Source: Piromyces finnis finn (Eukaryota; Fungi; Neocallimastigomycota). Taken from it: DNA of 64,000 bases. The position numbers and the translations under genes were made by a program. The notes beneath the pieces were generated by a model. That model saw nothing but the letters and a program-made list of their open reading frames with translations. It did not search any database and was not told the origin of the DNA. Positions within the stretch are counted from its first letter, which is position 1, and each line of letters starts with the position of its first letter. Positions 60,486-64,000 of the stretch are shown piece after piece. The stretch is taken from positions 1 to 64,000 of the forward strand of contig MCFH01000070.1 of the NCBI GenBank assembly GCA_002104945.1. The letters are read 5' to 3'.

Positions 60486-61155
60486 GTTCAAGAAATTTTT
60501 GAAATTTTTACATTATCCCATTTGCTTTATTGAATACATGAATAATATTTTCAATATTTGAATGTTTAAAAGTTTTATTAACTTAAAACTATTCGCTCTT
60601 TTATAATATTAAAAACAGTAAATATTAAATTGAAAACTATTTATTGGAATAATTATTATTATTTATATTATAAATGTGTTTTTTTTTTTATATGATTTAT
60701 GATTTTAAACAAAATAAGAATAATAGTAAAGTTCCCTTAAGAACTAAAAAGGGAAAAAAAAAAAAGGCAATATATAAATGTTTCATATCATAATAAATAA
60801 TATTGTGATAAAAGTATTGATATATTTTTATTTAGAATCATTTTAATATATATATATTTAAACGAGAAATAATAGAATAATAGAATAAAACATTTAAAAT
60901 AGTATCAGAGACATATTAAATACTATTAATGATAAAAAGTTTATACAAATTTAAATAGTTAATATATAAAAAATTGAATTGCATTTTCAAGATAATAGAT
61001 ACTTAAATAAAATAATGCTTAACGGTTCAATCAAAACAATAAATGATATATATATATAAGATACTTTTTTTTTTTTTTTTAAATAAATATATTAAAAAGT
61101 TGACTATTTAGTTAATATATTTTCAATTATAAATAAATAATTCTTTTATAGTAAA

Positions 61156-64000
61156 ATGACATTGGATACCTATATGACACCTAATAATTTTAATACATTG
61201 GTAAATATATAAGACTATTAATTTAAAAGTTAGATATTTGTTCATTGTGTTAATACATATTTTTACACAAGGCTAAAAATTATGCTGCTGGAAGTATATT
61301 GGAAGAAAATCTTAAAGGATCTCAAGTATCCAATTCAATATTACTTCATTACTTCAATCAAAGGTAAAATAAAAAGTATTTTTAAATTTTTATTAAAATA
61401 ATAAAAATATTAATAATATTTTATTGATAAACAAATACAGGACAGTTATAGAAAAAGAATATTGTGAAAAATTGAAAAATTTATCCAAAATATTTAAAGA
61501 TGATGCTGTAATAGGGTATGAAGCGGAAACGTATATATATATATTTATTTAATTATTTATTCAATTGATAATGAATTATTGAATATTTTTTATTTTTATT
61601 TGTTTTATAGACGTGTCAAGGATATTTTTGAAATTACTAAAAATCAGTTATTATCGATATCAGATATAAAATCAAACATTTTTAATTTAATAAATAATCA
61701 ATATGAAAAATCATTTGCCGAGTTATCATTTCAACAAAATGAAGAATTTCAAAAGGTATAATTAAATGTAAAAGACAGCAAAATAATCAAACAAATTATT
61801 AATATATGCTTTATTATTATTATTATTATTATTATTTCAATGTTATATTTAAATAGTACTATGAAACTATTACTGATGAAAGAACTAGATTAATTAGTGC
61901 TCATAATGAGAAAGAAGAAAATTTCAAGGAATATTCAGTAATAAAAAATGAAATTATTGATTTAATTAATGAATATAAAAAGACATATGAGGATAGTATA
62001 AGTAAGAAAATCGAAGATGCATTTGATAGAGAAAAAAAATTACGTATAAAATATATTTATGCAAAGGATAAATATGATAAAGAAAAGAGGACTTGCATGA
62101 ATAATCATAATGAAACCTCAGAGGTAATATTTTTATTGATTTTAAAGAATATAATTTACAAAAATTATTTGTAATTCTTTTTACGTTCATTTGATCATTA
62201 TTAATTAAAAATAAAAATTTTGTGTTGATTGTATTGATTATAATCAAATAGTCATTTAGATATTTAGAAAGGGAACGTACTGAATTCATTATTAAGCATT
62301 TAACTAATTACATCAATAATTTGATTATAATGAATCGCAAAGAATTTGAATCTTACAATATTTTAATCAATAATTTAAATACTATATATTCTTCTAATGA
62401 TAATTTAAATGAACTTTTACAGTTTAGCGATTTATTAAATAATAAAGGTAGGATATAAACTTTTCAAAAATATAGTAAATTATATAAGAATTTGAAATGT
62501 TTATCCATTTTCTGATATATAAATATTTATAAAATATAAAAATTGCAGATGAAAATTCTGTTGAACAAGTAAATAAGGAAATAGAAAAATTACAAACAGA
62601 ATATAAAAATGAAAAAAAATTGAAAAAATTCAGAAAGGGAAAAAAGAAGCAAAATATTTTGCATGTTCAAAATGTTACTGAAACAGAAAATGAAAGTGAA
62701 CCAAGTGAAAAGAATGAGGAAAGTACTACAGAAATATTAAAAAATCAAGAAAGCCCTTCTGAAGAAATTATAACTACTGAAAGTATAAATGAACCACAAA
62801 ACCCAGAGTTATTAACAATTCATGAAAAAAGAAATACAATAAACAGTGATATAGTTTCTAATCGTTCATCTGGTTTAATCAACTTTGATGATTTAATTGA
62901 AACTATGCAAAATTTTGATAGAACATTAGATCGTTCAGATCAAGTATCTTTGGTTTCAAAGAATACCATTCAGAAAAATGGAGATAGTAACTCTAGTAAT
63001 AAAGTTGAAAACAATGTCGATAAAGAAAAAGAAAATAACAATGTTCAAATAACATCTGATGCAGATAAAGAAGAGCAAAATGCTAGTGTATCTGACAATT
63101 TAAATAATAAAAATGCTATTGATAATGTTAATAGTACTACAACTACGGAAAATACTATAAATGACAACAAACAAAATAACAACAACGATAATACTATCAT
63201 TAATAATAATACAAATTCTAATACCAATGTTAATACTATTGACAGTGTCAATGCTAAAAATACTGATTCTAATAGTAATGCTAATCAAATTGCAGATTCT
63301 AGAAATGAAAGCAATCTAAATAATAATTTAATGAATTTTAGAACACATGAACATCAATTACAAAATAGAATGTCTAATGACAATTCTAATAGTAGTATAA
63401 TGCTAAATAATGCTAATAACAGTTTTATTAATAAAATCAATAGTAGTAGGATACTCGAAAATAGTTATAGCTCAATATCTAATATAGATACTTCTAGAGT
63501 AGATATTGTGGGTAATACAAATTACTCTAAAATGATGATTTCGCCAAGTCAATCTCCTCAAAACAATATTTATTCCTCAACAAACAATATACCAACCCAA
63601 AACCTTAATCAATACCAGAGACGTAATATGCCTTCATTTTCTTCTAAAAGTAGTCCAAATCTTATGGTAAAAAGAAATTCCAATGATAGTAATAAAACCA
63701 CAGGATCAATTAAATCTAACCATTCTAGATCTAGCATTGGAAGTATGATTTCATCAATATTCCAAAGTCAATCATCACATAAAATAAGCGATGATAGACG
63801 CAGTATAAATAGTGAAATTGTAAACTCTACGTCTTCAACAAATATACCAAGTACACCCAGAAGACTTTCTTCAAAACAAGCTACACGTAGTAGACCACAA
63901 TCAGGCATATACTATCCAAATTCACAATCTGAAAAACCTCTAAGTCGTCAACGCTATTATAAACCACCTTCCAATTCTCGTCATGAATCCCTCTGCTGTA
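61156..64000 (+). CDS. Putative F-BAR (FCH) domain protein with a long S/N-rich region; runs off the window
   Basis: Spliced N-terminus ...LKGSQVSNSILLHYFNQR-TVIEKEYCEKLKNLSK followed by coiled-coil-like exons; open frame to the window end. Confidence 0.6.

Overview
Extremely AT-rich, intron-rich eukaryotic DNA. Base composition, gene set and receptor architecture suggest an anaerobic gut fungus (Neocallimastigomycota); this is an inference, not a database result. About 13 host genes were read by eye: PABP, a transcriptional cyclin, SRP19, a calmodulin-like EF-hand protein, an orphan, Pin1/Ess1, SF3B5, an SRA1-like protein, ClpX, a large class-C-like GPCR, SHMT, TRIM37, proteasome alpha-1 and a partial F-BAR protein (14 with the orphan). 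There are two retrotransposon loci. (1) An intact 5.7-kb single-ORF APE-RT non-LTR element with a 41-nt poly(A), a 13-bp TSD and two structured 124-bp monomers at its 5' end; it sits inside a decayed copy of an older LINE family. (2) Three poly(A)-tailed 3' ends of the same young family, grouped into two TSD-bounded insertions 2 bp apart, next to a dead copy of the older family whose RT core is replaced by a perfect 40-bp palindrome. The most striking host gene is a 13-exon, 1656-aa receptor joining beta-helix repeats, a bacterial-type BtuF/Fe-siderophore substrate-binding domain, an EGF-like module and a 7TM domain; it is divergent from SHMT, with a 29-bp-stem hairpin between them. All exon boundaries, alignments and RNA folds were done manually and need computational confirmation. 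No rRNA, tRNA or CRISPR array was recognised.
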